64,000 nt of DNA from Verrucomicrobia bacterium UBA3761 (lineage in GTDB: Bacteria > Verrucomicrobiota > Kiritimatiellia > RFP12 > UBA1067): NCBI GenBank assembly GCA_002371135.1, contig DFGB01000045.1, forward strand, positions 5,478-69,477, given 5' to 3'. Numbering within the stretch: position 1 is the stretch's first letter; each line of letters opens with the position of its first letter. A program made the translations under genes and the position numbers. This document shows, piece after piece, positions 9,080 through 19,006 of the stretch. Under the pieces are notes generated by a model, which saw nothing but the letters and a program-made list of their open reading frames with translations, made no database searches and was not told where the DNA came from.

Positions 9080-10156
9080 TCACTTGTTGGAACCGAAGGG
9101 GCTTGTCTTCTTCATCAGCTGCGCGAACTTGAGCGCGTCGGCGGCGGCGTCGAGCGTGAAAGGATACGGGGCCGCGGTGCGGACCGTCTCGTAGATATTC
9201 CGCCAGAACGCGCTCTGGCCGTATTCCGTGTGCTTCGAGAGTTCCACGTCGAGTTCGACCACCGGGACGTCCTCGTGCATGTCGTCCATCGAAGGGGTGC
9301 GGACGCTCGAGCGGCGGCGCGGGAATTTGAACTCCGGGTCGATGATGCAGAGCTTGCCTGTGCGCTGTCCGGGGTATACGCGGAATTCGCCGCCCTCGCC
9401 GACGAGGCGGTACGACGGCGAACGGTTGCCGGGCAGCACCGCGCCATTGAATTCTATTTCCGCGGAAATCTGCTCGCGCGTCTTCAGGTTGACGAGCGCG
9501 TAATCCTCCGCGTCGCCGAGGGACGCGACGCGCTTGAGCTCGCTCCACATCTGCACCGGCGGCAGGGGCAGGAGTTTCAAGGCGCGCATGATGAGGTCGG
9601 GCATCGCATAATACGCCGCGCCCCCGCCGAGACGCTTCACGGTGAGCCAATCGTCGCGGCGGATGAAATCTTCCTGCTTGATGCAGATGCGGTGGATTTC
9701 GCCGAGGCGCGGGTCTTCCATCTCCTGGCGTGCGAGAAGATAGTCCGGGTCGAACATCCCGCGGTGCATGACCATGAGACGGTTCTTCGCCTTCTGAGCC
9801 GCGCCGCGGATGAACTGCACTTCGTCCATCGTCAGCGCAAACGGCGTTTCGACGAGCGTCCAGAAGCCGCGGTCGAGGCTGGCCATCACGTGCGCGGCGT
9901 GGTCGGTGGAGCACGAGGCGATGTCGACGAGATCGATATCGCGCTCGTCGAGCATGTCCTGGAACTGCCTGAACATCTTGCAGTCGGGGAAATCGGCGGC
10001 GACGATGTCGCGCCGCTCTTTGAGAAGGTCGCACGCCGCCACGACCTTGAAGAGGCCCGGATGCTCGCGGAAGACGCTGTAGTGATCCGCGAACATGGCC
10101 CGGCCAAGACCCATGAGCGCGACGCGGACCGGCGGGCGGTGGTATTCAGTGCTCAT
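9080..10156 (-). CDS. Gfo/Idh/MocA-family NAD(P)-dependent oxidoreductase
   Basis: 358 aa with an N-terminal Rossmann segment VRVALMGLGRAMFADHY..; the stop overlaps the nrdR start. Confidence 0.75.
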   Translation of the reverse strand: MSTEYHRPPVRVALMGLGRAMFADHYSVFREHPGLFKVVAACDLLKERRDIVAADFPDCKMFRQFQDMLDERDIDLVDIASCSTDHAAHVMASLDRGFWTLVETPFALTMDEVQFIRGAAQKAKNRLMVMHRGMFDPDYLLARQEMEDPRLGEIHRICIKQEDFIRRDDWLTVKRLGGGAAYYAMPDLIMRALKLLPLPPVQMWSELKRVASLGDAEDYALVNLKTREQISAEIEFNGAVLPGNRSPSYRLVGEGGEFRVYPGQRTGKLCIIDPEFKFPRRRSSVRTPSMDDMHEDVPVVELDVELSKHTEYGQSAFWRNIYETVRTAAPYPFTLDAAADALKFAQLMKKTSPFGSNK

Positions 10157-10596
10157 CTTTTCACGATCTCCGTTATTGCGGAAAGAAACTGCGCTACATC
10201 AGTGAATTTCCTGTAGACGCTGGCGAAGCGTATGTAGGCGACATCATCGACGGCGTGGAGCTCGTCCATCACGAGCTCGGCGATCTTGTCGCTCGAAACC
10301 TCTCCGGCATCGAGCGCGAAGACCACGTTGTCGATCATCGTCCTGATCTGCTCGTCGCTGATCGGGCGTTTGCCGCAGGCGCGGCGAATGGCGCGGTCGA
10401 GCTTTTGGCGGTCGAACTCCTCGCGGGTGCCGTCGCGCTTGACTACGAGCACTTCCGCGCCGTCTATTTCTTCATATGTGGTGAAGCGATTGCCGCATAC
10501 CGAGCATTCCCGGCGGCGGCGAATTGCGGCGCCTTCGCGCAAAGTGCGCGAATCGACGACTTTGTCGTTGTCGGCTCCGCATTTAGGGCACTTCAC
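10153..10596 (-). CDS. nrdR: Transcriptional repressor NrdR
   Basis: It starts with GTG at 10596 and an RBS GGAAGGAG; it has the zinc ribbon KCPKCG..CSVCGNRF and an ATP-cone. The ORF-track N-terminal extension overlaps rnfE in another frame and is not real. Confidence 0.85.
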   Translation of the reverse strand: MKCPKCGADNDKVVDSRTLREGAAIRRRRECSVCGNRFTTYEEIDGAEVLVVKRDGTREEFDRQKLDRAIRRACGKRPISDEQIRTMIDNVVFALDAGEVSSDKIAELVMDELHAVDDVAYIRFASVYRKFTDVAQFLSAITEIVKR

Positions 10597-11282
10597 TCTT
10601 TTTTCTCCTTCCCGTTGGGGCACATCGTGCAATGGCGGCAATCGAGATTGACCGGGAGCGGCGCGGGGGCGCCGTGGCGCCGCGCGTTCCATTCAGAAAA
10701 CGCGTTGATGCCCGCGAGCAGAAGCCCGAGCGTGATGAAGCCGCCGGCGGGGAGTATCGCGAGCGTCACGGGTCCGGGGTTGATGCCCTTGACGGCGAGG
10801 TCGCCCCAGATCGTGAGCGTCCCCGCGCCGGCAATCTCCCTCACCGCCGCGATGAGCGCGAGCGCGAGCGTGAAGCCGATGCCCGAGCCTATCCCGTCCG
10901 CGATCGAATCGACCACCCCGTTGCGGCTCGCGAACGCCTCCGCGCGCCCGAGGATGATGCAGTTGACGACGATGAGCGGGATGAAGATGCCGAGCGACTC
11001 GGAGAGTTCCGGCAGATACGCCTTCATGAGAAGATCGATCGCCGTCACGAACGTCGCGATGATCACGATATAACAGGGAATATGCACTGCGGGCGGTATG
11101 ACTTTCCTCAGCGCGGAAACGAGCGCGTTCGAGCAGACGAGCACGAACGTGGCGGCCATTCCCATGCCGAGCGCATTCTCCAGACTCGTCGTCACCGCAA
11201 GCGTCGGGCACATGCCGAGGACCAGCCTGAAGATCGGATTGTTCTTGAAAATACCGTTCCAAAGTGTGAGCCAAGTTTTCAT
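10593..11282 (-). CDS. RnfE/NqrD-family ion-translocating oxidoreductase membrane subunit (orphan)
   Basis: 229 aa with NNPIFRLVLGMCPTLAVTTSLENALGMG and LIVVNCIILGRAEAF, characteristic of RnfE/NqrD. No other rnf or nqr genes are adjacent. Confidence 0.75.
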   Translation of the reverse strand: MKTWLTLWNGIFKNNPIFRLVLGMCPTLAVTTSLENALGMGMAATFVLVCSNALVSALRKVIPPAVHIPCYIVIIATFVTAIDLLMKAYLPELSESLGIFIPLIVVNCIILGRAEAFASRNGVVDSIADGIGSGIGFTLALALIAAVREIAGAGTLTIWGDLAVKGINPGPVTLAILPAGGFITLGLLLAGINAFSEWNARRHGAPAPLPVNLDCRHCTMCPNGKEKKE

Positions 11283-11349
11283 AACACTTGTATTATACAG
11301 TTTTCCGCCGAAAAAAGCAAGTGCGAAATGTTAGTTTGGAATAATGCGC

Positions 11350-11580
11350 GAGTGGGCGCTTGAACGTCAAGGAGGCGCGGCTTCAGCCGCGCCACGCTCG
11401 TTGTCGTCGCTAGGACGTGGCGCTCGGACGTGGCGCGGCTAAAGCCGCACCTCCTTGGCGCTAGGGCCGCGCACGAGGGGGCGCGAGGGGGGCGCTTGAA
11501 CGTCAAGGAGGCGCGGCTTTAGCCGCGCCACGCTCGTTGTCGTCGCTCGGGCGTGGCGCTAGGGCCGCGCGCGAGGGGGC
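11350..11580. repeat. REP/BIME-like repeat cluster 2: hairpins at 11375..11392, 11434..11451 (imperfect) and 11501..11518, with a ~57-bp direct repeat at 11355..11411 and 11482..11538.
   Basis: The motif GCGCTTGAACGTCAAGGAGGCGCGGCTT(C/T)AGCCGCGCCACGCTCGTTGTCGTCGCT occurs twice. Confidence 0.8.
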
Positions 11581-11663
11581 CGCGCTCAAACACAAAAAGC
11601 GCACTGGCGGGAAAGAGAGAGGAACCCGCCAGGCGCAAAAGGGTGTTCTTATGTGTTTTCGCG

Positions 11664-12692
11664 CTAGCGCGAAACGCTAAAGTAGAGCGTGCCGGTGCCG
11701 GAGCCAGAGAAGCTCAGCGGAACGGTCACTTTGTTCGTGTCGCCTTCCTTGGTGGCGGTGGATGCCTTCGCAACTGTGCTAATAGCGTTGGGGGCGCTGC
11801 CGTACTTGATCGTGTAGGTATTGGCGGGCCAGGAGCCGGGGAAGGAAAGCGTGACGGCTTTGTCGGTCACTTGCGCCTGGGTGACGCTGAATGTCGCGCC
11901 ACTGGTCGGCTCGACGCCGGCAAGATATGCCTTAAGGTATGTGAGAGTGGAGTTGGGAATAGTAGCGGTCGCGACATTCTCGGCGGATTTACCAGTCTTC
12001 GTCAAATATGCATTGGGCACTGCGACACCGTCAACCGTAGTCGCCACTGGATCGCCGTTCGCATCGACCTGCGCATACACGTCGAGAGCGTTATTGGCAT
12101 CGTTCTTGACAACGAAATCGTCGATGGACGAAGTGCCGATGGCCTTGACGCTTGTAATGGTGGTCGCGGAAGAATTAGCGAGGTAATACGTAGCCGGCTT
12201 GATGGTGCCGTTCACCGCGAGCTGGAACGACTTGGGCGTGGCCGTGTAGTCAATCGCGACCGTGATGCGCACCCATGCATCCGCATCATACACCGTATCA
12301 TCAATAGTAGTGAACGCGGCAGTGCCGTCAGCGGTCGGCTTGCAGTAGATTTGCAGCTTGCGATCAGGGGCGACGGCGATTGCGAAGAGAGCATCATTGT
12401 TGATCGAGTAGGTCGAAGGCTCATCCTCGAGCGCCGCGATCTTACACATCATGTCGATGATATTAGCGCCAGATTCGCCGCTAATCGTGCGCGTTGCCGA
12501 GCCTTCGAACGCGAGGAATTTGGTATGAGCGGCCGTCGTGGGAAGAATCGCCGACGAAGATGTATACGTCTCCGCCTTGATCTCGCCGCCGGTCCATGCG
12601 TTGCTCTCCTCGAACGTGTCGACGATTGTCGCGAACAACGGGAGGGTTGCGCCTGCTGCAACCGCTACTGCCATTATCGCTGTCTTTTTCAT
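11664..12692 (-). CDS. Hypothetical secreted Thr/Ala-rich protein
   Basis: 342 aa with a signal peptide MKKTAIMAVAVAAGATLPLFA; lower GC than its neighbours; no recognisable catalytic motif. Confidence 0.55.
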   Translation of the reverse strand: MKKTAIMAVAVAAGATLPLFATIVDTFEESNAWTGGEIKAETYTSSSAILPTTAAHTKFLAFEGSATRTISGESGANIIDMMCKIAALEDEPSTYSINNDALFAIAVAPDRKLQIYCKPTADGTAAFTTIDDTVYDADAWVRITVAIDYTATPKSFQLAVNGTIKPATYYLANSSATTITSVKAIGTSSIDDFVVKNDANNALDVYAQVDANGDPVATTVDGVAVPNAYLTKTGKSAENVATATIPNSTLTYLKAYLAGVEPTSGATFSVTQAQVTDKAVTLSFPGSWPANTYTIKYGSAPNAISTVAKASTATKEGDTNKVTVPLSFSGSGTGTLYFSVSR

Positions 12693-12716
12693 TTTTCTTC
12701 TCCTCTCTTGTTGGTT

Positions 12717-15035
12717 TTACAAATCGTTTATGCGGGTGACGTAAAAGCCTTTTTCACCGTCGATCGGCTCGAGGCTCGTCCATACGGTCGTGTAGTTCTC
12801 TTCATCGACCTCAACCTCGCCCGCGACAGGAATTTCCTCGCCGCCGAGTTCCTCCATGCGGCAGACGCGATATGTGGAGCCGGTCCTGTCGATGCCGTTG
12901 AAGACGAGTTCGAGGCGGCCATCGTCGAGAATCCTCATGCCGGTGAAGTTGAAGGGCTCGTCGACTTCCGGGTCGAGGCCGGCGAGGTAGACGTCGCCAA
13001 TCGTGTAGCCGAGGGCGCGGAGGCGCGAGAGCGTGGCAGGGGCGTTGGGGTCGAGGCCGAAGCCGCTGGAGCGCAGCCAGGCGACAGGGATGCCGTCGAT
13101 CGTGGCGGCCGCCGTCTCCGGCTCGTAGCCTTCGACCGTCTTGATGACATCATCAAGCTGGACCGTGCCGTGGACGGAGAGGGACGCGATCTGGTTCCTG
13201 CCAGCCCTGCAAGGATACCACGCACCCGGCGAGACGGGGTTCAAAGGCGAATGGACGCCGGAGGCGGTTTTGCAGGATTCGCCGTCGAGGCGCGGCTGGA
13301 CGAACACATCTCCCGCGGCGTTCGCCATGAGCTTGAACGAGACTCTAACCCAGTCGCCGTTTTCGTAGACCGTGTCGGAGAGCCGCACCCAGCCAGCCTT
13401 GCACAGGAAGAGCATGTGCCCGTCGTCGGCGCACATGAGAGCGCAGATGGAATCGTCGGCGTCGGAATCGTCCTCGTCGGGCTGACGCCTGCGCACCGTG
13501 AGCATCATCTCCACCATGTCGTTGCCGTTCGTGGTGCACGGGAAATCGCACGCGGCGAGGGTCTCGACGTCGAGGACCTGCGTGTGCGGATCGCGGAGCA
13601 TGGGCGTAGACAGCGCGGGGGTTTGGCGCGCGACGACCTCGCCGTCGCCGGTCCAGCGCCCGACTTCCCCATCCGCGACATCCGCGCCGGCGGGATACGA
13701 CTCGAAATTGTCGGCGAAATCGATTGGCGTCTCCACCGTCTCGCCTTCGGTCAGCACCCACTCGAACGTCGCATCTTCCGATACGGCGAACGAAGCGAGC
13801 GAACCGGAGCCCGTCGCCGCGCCGCATTCCCACGCGACATTCGTGCACACCGCCATGTTGTTCGTGTAGCAGGAGGCGTATTCGACGCCATCAAGCACGA
13901 CATCCACCGTCGCGCCGCCGGTGTACCTGTACGGTCCGCCGGAGATGCTCGCTACGCCGCATCCCGGCGCCTCGAAATCTAGCGTCCGCACGTCGATGCC
14001 GGTGAGCTTCATGGTCATCACCTTCTCAGTGCAATTCCCGCCGTCGGCTATGAGCACCAGCGTCACGGAGCCATCGTCAAGCCGAGGGCCGAGGCATATG
14101 CCTTCGTAGTTGGCCCAGCCAACATCCTCATCGAAAATCGCTCTCTTCTTGACTGGTGTATACTCGGCGTCCTTGAGCGAAGCAAACCCCGATATATCCG
14201 TCGCACCGACAGGCAAAACTTCGTATATACGCGTATAAAAAGTCGCGCCCCAGAAGTCGACGCCCCACAATGTCCTTTCAAGGACGAGAAGCGTTCCATC
14301 CGGCAAGGCCACCAACCCAGAAACGCCGCTCCGCCCTTGCGTTTTCCCGTTATAAACCCACGGATCGGTGCCTATCTTTTCCGTAAGATACGCCCACTGG
14401 CCCTTGGCAGTCCAATTATCCGCAGGGCTTTGGCGGGTGAAGCGAGTGAGCCGCACGACCGAACCTGCGGTTTTCGTCGAATTGGTGCCGTCGACTTTCA
14501 ACGCCTCTTCGTTCGCGGTCCACATCGTTTTGCCGTCGCCGGAAATCGTCAACGCCTCCAACGAGAAATTCCCGTAGTAGTTTTTCTGGATGGCGGGGAC
14601 TGGGGCGGAGCGCGTCATTTCGCCGGTGGTAGGATCGAACTCGCGAATCAAGGCGTTCTTCTCCTGGGAAATCCAGACGTTGCCGGATGCGGGGTCGTAT
14701 GCACAGCCCTCCATGTCATCTGATGACTCCATGACCACCCCTGCGCCGATTGTTATGTTGGTCTTCGCGAGCGAGCCGTCGGAAAGATTGATATCGAGCT
14801 TCAGAGGATACAATTTGTTATCGTTGTCGTCGACGGCGTAGAAAAGGTTGCCGCCGGCCCATGTGACGCCGCTGATCTGCTCCGCGCCGTATGTGCCGCT
14901 GGAAGGCCTCGTCGCCTCGCTGACCTTCACCGCCTTGAGCTCGGCGAAGGCGGAAAGGCATGCCGCACCGCAAATTGCGGCGGCAAACATGGTTGCAACG
15001 CCATTTCTGGCGTTAATATAGCAGGCAATGTTCAT
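12717..15035 (-). CDS. Hypothetical large secreted protein (about 772 aa, possible beta-propeller or lectin-like domains)
   Basis: The start was moved to MNIACYINARNGVATMFAAAICGAACLSAFA (signal peptide), because the ORF-track N-terminus is read through the TTGAAAAG repeat. No confident family assignment. Confidence 0.55.
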   Translation of the reverse strand: MNIACYINARNGVATMFAAAICGAACLSAFAELKAVKVSEATRPSSGTYGAEQISGVTWAGGNLFYAVDDNDNKLYPLKLDINLSDGSLAKTNITIGAGVVMESSDDMEGCAYDPASGNVWISQEKNALIREFDPTTGEMTRSAPVPAIQKNYYGNFSLEALTISGDGKTMWTANEEALKVDGTNSTKTAGSVVRLTRFTRQSPADNWTAKGQWAYLTEKIGTDPWVYNGKTQGRSGVSGLVALPDGTLLVLERTLWGVDFWGATFYTRIYEVLPVGATDISGFASLKDAEYTPVKKRAIFDEDVGWANYEGICLGPRLDDGSVTLVLIADGGNCTEKVMTMKLTGIDVRTLDFEAPGCGVASISGGPYRYTGGATVDVVLDGVEYASCYTNNMAVCTNVAWECGAATGSGSLASFAVSEDATFEWVLTEGETVETPIDFADNFESYPAGADVADGEVGRWTGDGEVVARQTPALSTPMLRDPHTQVLDVETLAACDFPCTTNGNDMVEMMLTVRRRQPDEDDSDADDSICALMCADDGHMLFLCKAGWVRLSDTVYENGDWVRVSFKLMANAAGDVFVQPRLDGESCKTASGVHSPLNPVSPGAWYPCRAGRNQIASLSVHGTVQLDDVIKTVEGYEPETAAATIDGIPVAWLRSSGFGLDPNAPATLSRLRALGYTIGDVYLAGLDPEVDEPFNFTGMRILDDGRLELVFNGIDRTGSTYRVCRMEELGGEEIPVAGEVEVDEENYTTVWTSLEPIDGEKGFYVTRINDL

Positions 15036-15148
15036 ATATTCCCCAAGTCGACGTCGAATATTATAGCACATCGCACAACGACTTTCAACTCCCCCAATAT
15101 TGCGTAGTTTCATTCCAAACTTGCATAATTCGCTCATACGGGAGGGGG

Positions 15149-15266
15149 AGTTGAAAAGTAAAAGGTTGAAAAGTTGAAAAGTAAAAAGCGCGGGAGGGCC
15201 ACGCCGCTTTGGAGACAGAGCCGTGCGTTTCAACTTTTCAACTTTTCAACTCTTCAACTTTTCAAC
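15149..15266. repeat. Tandem-heptamer palindrome: (GTTGAAAAG)n array, central spacer, (CTTTTCAAC)n array
   Basis: Read directly from the sequence. The element provides the last codons (VEKLKS) and TGA stop of the BASS transporter gene and creates false ORFs rich in FNFSTFQLF. Confidence 0.85.
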
Positions 15267-16235
15267 CATCTCTTCTCGGGCCCGCCGGGCGACGAGAAGG
15301 TTGAACACGCCTGCCATGAGCGCGCCGGAGATGGAGTGCCAGACGCAAGAGACGGCGGAGGCGACAGCGGCCTCGGGCATCGCGGGGAAGTGGCGCGCGG
15401 CGAGCACCGTCGCAAGGCCCGCGTTCTGCATGCCGACTTCGATCGAAATAGTACGCTTCTTCGCATCGGAGAACCGCGCCGCGACGCCGGTCAGGTAGCC
15501 CAGCGCGTAGCCGAGGCCGTTGTGCAAAAGGACGCCCGCGAACACGAGCGCGCCGCTCGACGCGAAGCGCTCGCCCTGCGCCGAGACTACACCGCCCACG
15601 ATCGCCGCGAGGGCCAGCACCGCCACGCCCGGCATCACTTTCATCGCTTCTCCGTATGCGCGCTTCTTGCCGTAGAGCGCGTTCAGCGCGAAACCGAGCG
15701 CCACGGGCGCGATAGTCACGTAGAGGATGCTCTTGAACATGCCCGCCGCGTCCACGTCCACGCTCTCGCCCGCGAGCCACATCATCAAAAGCGGCGTCAT
15801 CACAGGCGCGAGAAGAGTCGAGACCGTCGTCATCCCGACGGAAAACGCGACGTCCCCCTTGCAAAGGAAGCTCATGATGTTCGAAGAAACCCCGCCCGGA
15901 CAACACCCGACAAGGATGAGCCCCACTCCGACCGCCTTCGGCAGCCCCATCGCATGCACGAGAGTCCACGCGATGAGCGGCATGAGAGTATATTGCGCCG
16001 CCGCGCCGATTGCCATATCGAGCGGACGCGAGAGCAGGATGCGGAAGTCCTCGGCCTTGAGCGTCATGCCCATCGAGAGCATGATGACGCCGAGGATCGC
16101 GGTCTGCGTATCGCCGCGCACCCACGCGAACGTGCCCGGCGCGAAGAACGTCGCGACCGCGACCGCTGTTATGAACGCCGGCGTCCACTTCGCCAGCCAT
16201 GCCGATATCATTTGCAGTATTTTCATATCAGGGCA
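15246..16235 (-). CDS. Bile acid:sodium symporter (BASS/SBF) family transporter
   Basis: GLILVGCCPGGVSSNIMSFLCKGDVAFSVGMTTVSTLLAPVMTP is typical of PF01758; the start is set at MKILQMISAWLAKW. Confidence 0.8.
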   Translation of the reverse strand, partial: CPDMKILQMISAWLAKWTPAFITAVAVATFFAPGTFAWVRGDTQTAILGVIMLSMGMTLKAEDFRILLSRPLDMAIGAAAQYTLMPLIAWTLVHAMGLPKAVGVGLILVGCCPGGVSSNIMSFLCKGDVAFSVGMTTVSTLLAPVMTPLLMMWLAGESVDVDAAGMFKSILYVTIAPVALGFALNALYGKKRAYGEAMKVMPGVAVLALAAIVGGVVSAQGERFASSGALVFAGVLLHNGLGYALGYLTGVAARFSDAKKRTISIEVGMQNAGLATVLAARHFPAMPEAAVASAVSCVWHSISGALMAGVFNLLVARRAREEMVEKLKS

Positions 16236-16237
16236 TT

Positions 16238-17929
16238 TCAAACGAGCCAATTCTCCGCCTTGCGGGAGATAGCATCGTACCACGCTTGCTCGTCTTCAGC
16301 CTCGCTTGCGACAGTCATCGAATATTCACAAAAAGCCCGGACTTTGGCTGGGCTTGGCACGTAGCCGCAATTCTTCGCCTGTGTCAGCATTCCCGCGAAG
16401 CGATCCAGCGTCAACGGTATCACAACAGACTTGCCGCCGTAATGTTTGATGGGAATCCGGTGCAGCCCATAGAAATGCGAAATGGAACTTGGATTTATTG
16501 TCGGCGCGACAAAAAGGCAATATGCCGGCTTGCCGGTCTTTGCCTTAATATCGCCAAGATGTCTGGCCACGGGCTCGCCTTCGGCATCATACTGCCTGTT
16601 GCCCGACATAAGTGTCACTTCAACCGTGACGGTGAAATCGCCATAGTCGCAAATGATGTCTGCATTGTTGCCTGGCGCGGTGGAAAGTGGATTGCCGGCA
16701 TCGTCAAATGTGAAGTTGGCTTTTATATTGCCGCCATCCATCATGGTCATCGCACGCCAAGCGTTCCACTCAAGAGCAAGTGGCGGGTCGTAAACATATT
16801 TTGCTTTGATGTCTTTGAACACGCCAAGAATCTCATCGTATTTTGCAAACGACTTGAGCTCCGTGACCTGAGCGTCGATGACTGCGGCTCGCCGAGCCTC
16901 TTGTGCGTGTTTGATGCGTCGTTTGAGTTCATTCGCACTTTGCCTGCGCGCGTCAGACTCCGAATCGACAGCCCCGCTCCTTACAGCCTTCTTCAAAAGC
17001 GTTTTGCGGTCGTCTGTCAACAGTCTAGGCGCGTCTGCACAGTAAAGATGTTCACAATACGCCGCTTTGTCAACCACAAAAACCGGGTTTCGGTCGACAG
17101 TCCTCAGAATATACTCAACCTCGTCGCGCCGCGACTCGATGATTGAAATCGTCCGTCCCGGATTGCCAATCGTAACGAGACCTGTTGCGCGAAGATAGCG
17201 TACGCAAGCATCGGCATAATCGCGCATATTGCCCGCCTTGGTCTTGATGAATTTTTCAAGACTTGTTTCATGCGACTCGCGTGTCCGAATGCATCCAGAT
17301 GCAATTTCCTGCGCAAACATCGAAGAGACTATGCGCGAACGTTCGCTGCTCAAGAACTTTTTATATTGCCCCTTGCGCGCGACCTTCTCCACTCTGAACC
17401 GGCGAACGGCATCGACAATCGCATCGAAGTCGTGCCAGTCTGTCAGTTGCATGCCGAAGAGGCACAATTCATCAAATGCCAATCGCCCCAACGAATGAAC
17501 AAGCCGGAGAATCTCAAGGTATGGACGAACGCAAAACGTCCTTGCAATCTTCGGATTCGCGATGTGAAATGGCGATGGCAGCTGAAATTTAAGCAACTGC
17601 CGCAAGAGGGCTTCTTCCGCTAAATCTCCATCAAGAAAATTCGCCCCGGCGGATGTAATCGATATTGGGTCGAGATTGACGAATCCCAGAGCCTTGGGAC
17701 CGCGGGTTATGCGGTCTCTTGCGCTCAGAGCAGGGTCTTTCTGATTGTACTCGCCCTCAAATTCTGGAAGTTGGGCGAGACGTTTCATGAAAGAGGCTTG
17801 CAGCGTGGTGTTGGATACCCACCTCGCCCCTGCAAACTCGCGGACGAGCAATTCAATTTCCGGACGCATCTTGAATGGCGTCCTTGGCGATGTCACGAAG
17901 AACAGCGAAGGGCTCTTGATTTTCGCCAT
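16238..17929 (-). CDS. Putative type II restriction endonuclease (563 aa), partner of the Dam-type methyltransferase
   Basis: It follows the methyltransferase gene with 1 nt of spacing (TGAcATG), lies in a low-GC islet, and has no other recognisable family. The specificity is probably GATC-containing, inferred only from the Dam-like partner. Confidence 0.45.
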   Translation of the reverse strand: MAKIKSPSLFFVTSPRTPFKMRPEIELLVREFAGARWVSNTTLQASFMKRLAQLPEFEGEYNQKDPALSARDRITRGPKALGFVNLDPISITSAGANFLDGDLAEEALLRQLLKFQLPSPFHIANPKIARTFCVRPYLEILRLVHSLGRLAFDELCLFGMQLTDWHDFDAIVDAVRRFRVEKVARKGQYKKFLSSERSRIVSSMFAQEIASGCIRTRESHETSLEKFIKTKAGNMRDYADACVRYLRATGLVTIGNPGRTISIIESRRDEVEYILRTVDRNPVFVVDKAAYCEHLYCADAPRLLTDDRKTLLKKAVRSGAVDSESDARRQSANELKRRIKHAQEARRAAVIDAQVTELKSFAKYDEILGVFKDIKAKYVYDPPLALEWNAWRAMTMMDGGNIKANFTFDDAGNPLSTAPGNNADIICDYGDFTVTVEVTLMSGNRQYDAEGEPVARHLGDIKAKTGKPAYCLFVAPTINPSSISHFYGLHRIPIKHYGGKSVVIPLTLDRFAGMLTQAKNCGYVPSPAKVRAFCEYSMTVASEAEDEQAWYDAISRKAENWLV

Positions 17930-17930
17930 G

Positions 17931-18788
17931 TCACACCTCGTAGTTTGTGACGACGTAGTGCGTTGCTTTGGAATGGAATCGATTGCGGATATTTACCGCG
18001 TAATCCTTTGCGTATTCAAACTTCACGAGGTCGCCATAAAGTTCCTCCGTCAATGGTGTATGACCAATGATCATCAACGCACGACAACGCAATTCCCGAA
18101 AAAGTTTGGCAAGCCGGCGATGCTCGGCCTCGTCAAATCCATTTGCCAGTTCCTGATTGCCATAATCGTTGAAAACACAATCATACGGCGGATCAAGATA
18201 CATAAAATCATTCTCTCCCGCCCGCCTGAACGATTCTTCGTAATCTGCGCACAGAATCTCCGTGCGTTGCAGAAGTCGGGAATGTTCGCGTGTGACAAGT
18301 CTGGTGTTGAAATTCTCGTATCTGCCGAACGGGACATTGAAATGCCCCTGCGCATTGAACCGTATCATACCAGAGTATGACGTCTTGTTAATGAAAAAAT
18401 ATAGCGCAGCCCGGGAATATTGCGCCGGAGCAATTCCATTGTATTGGTCGCGAAGTCTATAATACAATTCTTCGTTTGCGTTGGGAATCCGATCTCCCGG
18501 ATGCATTTTCTTTCTCTCTTTGTAATCCGCCTGATTGCGCACATAAATGGCTTCGATTTCTGCCAACTCTCGCGAAAGTTCATCAAAACGATTTCGAACA
18601 TCCCTGTAGAAGTTTATCAAGGGTTCATTTATGTCCCCGATAACCGCATGTTGCGGTGCAAGAGCAAAAAAAGTCGCCCCGCCCCCTACGAAAGGCTCAT
18701 AGTACGTTTCATAATTCTGCGGAATAAACCGTTCATACCGAGGAATCTCCTTGGACTTTCCACCACGATATTTGACAAGTGGTTTCAA
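17931..18788 (-). CDS. DNA adenine methyltransferase (Dam / D12-class N6-adenine methyltransferase)
   Basis: It starts with TTG at 18788 and a strong RBS AAAGGAAAGGAGA; the N-terminus MKPLVKYRGGKSKE matches the Dam start, and EPFVGGGA and DPPY motifs follow. The longer ORF-track N-terminus is rejected. Confidence 0.85.
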   Translation of the reverse strand: MKPLVKYRGGKSKEIPRYERFIPQNYETYYEPFVGGGATFFALAPQHAVIGDINEPLINFYRDVRNRFDELSRELAEIEAIYVRNQADYKERKKMHPGDRIPNANEELYYRLRDQYNGIAPAQYSRAALYFFINKTSYSGMIRFNAQGHFNVPFGRYENFNTRLVTREHSRLLQRTEILCADYEESFRRAGENDFMYLDPPYDCVFNDYGNQELANGFDEAEHRRLAKLFRELRCRALMIIGHTPLTEELYGDLVKFEYAKDYAVNIRNRFHSKATHYVVTNYEV

Positions 18789-19006
18789 GCCGGATCTCCT
18801 TTCCTTTGCAAGGCCGATACAAGGTGCCGCGGCCATCGCAGCAAGCATCCACCCAACGCGCTGCAAAAACTCCCCGCGCGTGATGCCTTGGCTTCTTTGG
18901 CACGATTTTGCCGACGTTCCCATTTCTTCTGTTCTCAAGCCTTTCATAGCCACGACACGAATGCAATATACAATCACAACGCCTATTGCGATTCATGCAC
19001 AACATA

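Noticed and set aside
10597-10692. The N-terminal extensions given by the ORF track for NrdR
   Set aside because: Its extension overlaps the upstream coding region in another frame, while an RBS-supported internal GTG start matches the known N-terminus of the family.
11553-13982. An 809-aa plus-strand ORF
   Set aside because: It is antisense to the two secreted-protein genes and begins inside the REP cluster.
15223-15498. The ORFs 15223..15498 and 35315..35953, which encode FNFSTFQLF-type peptides
   Set aside because: They are translations of the TTGAAAAG/CTTTTCAA tandem arrays.
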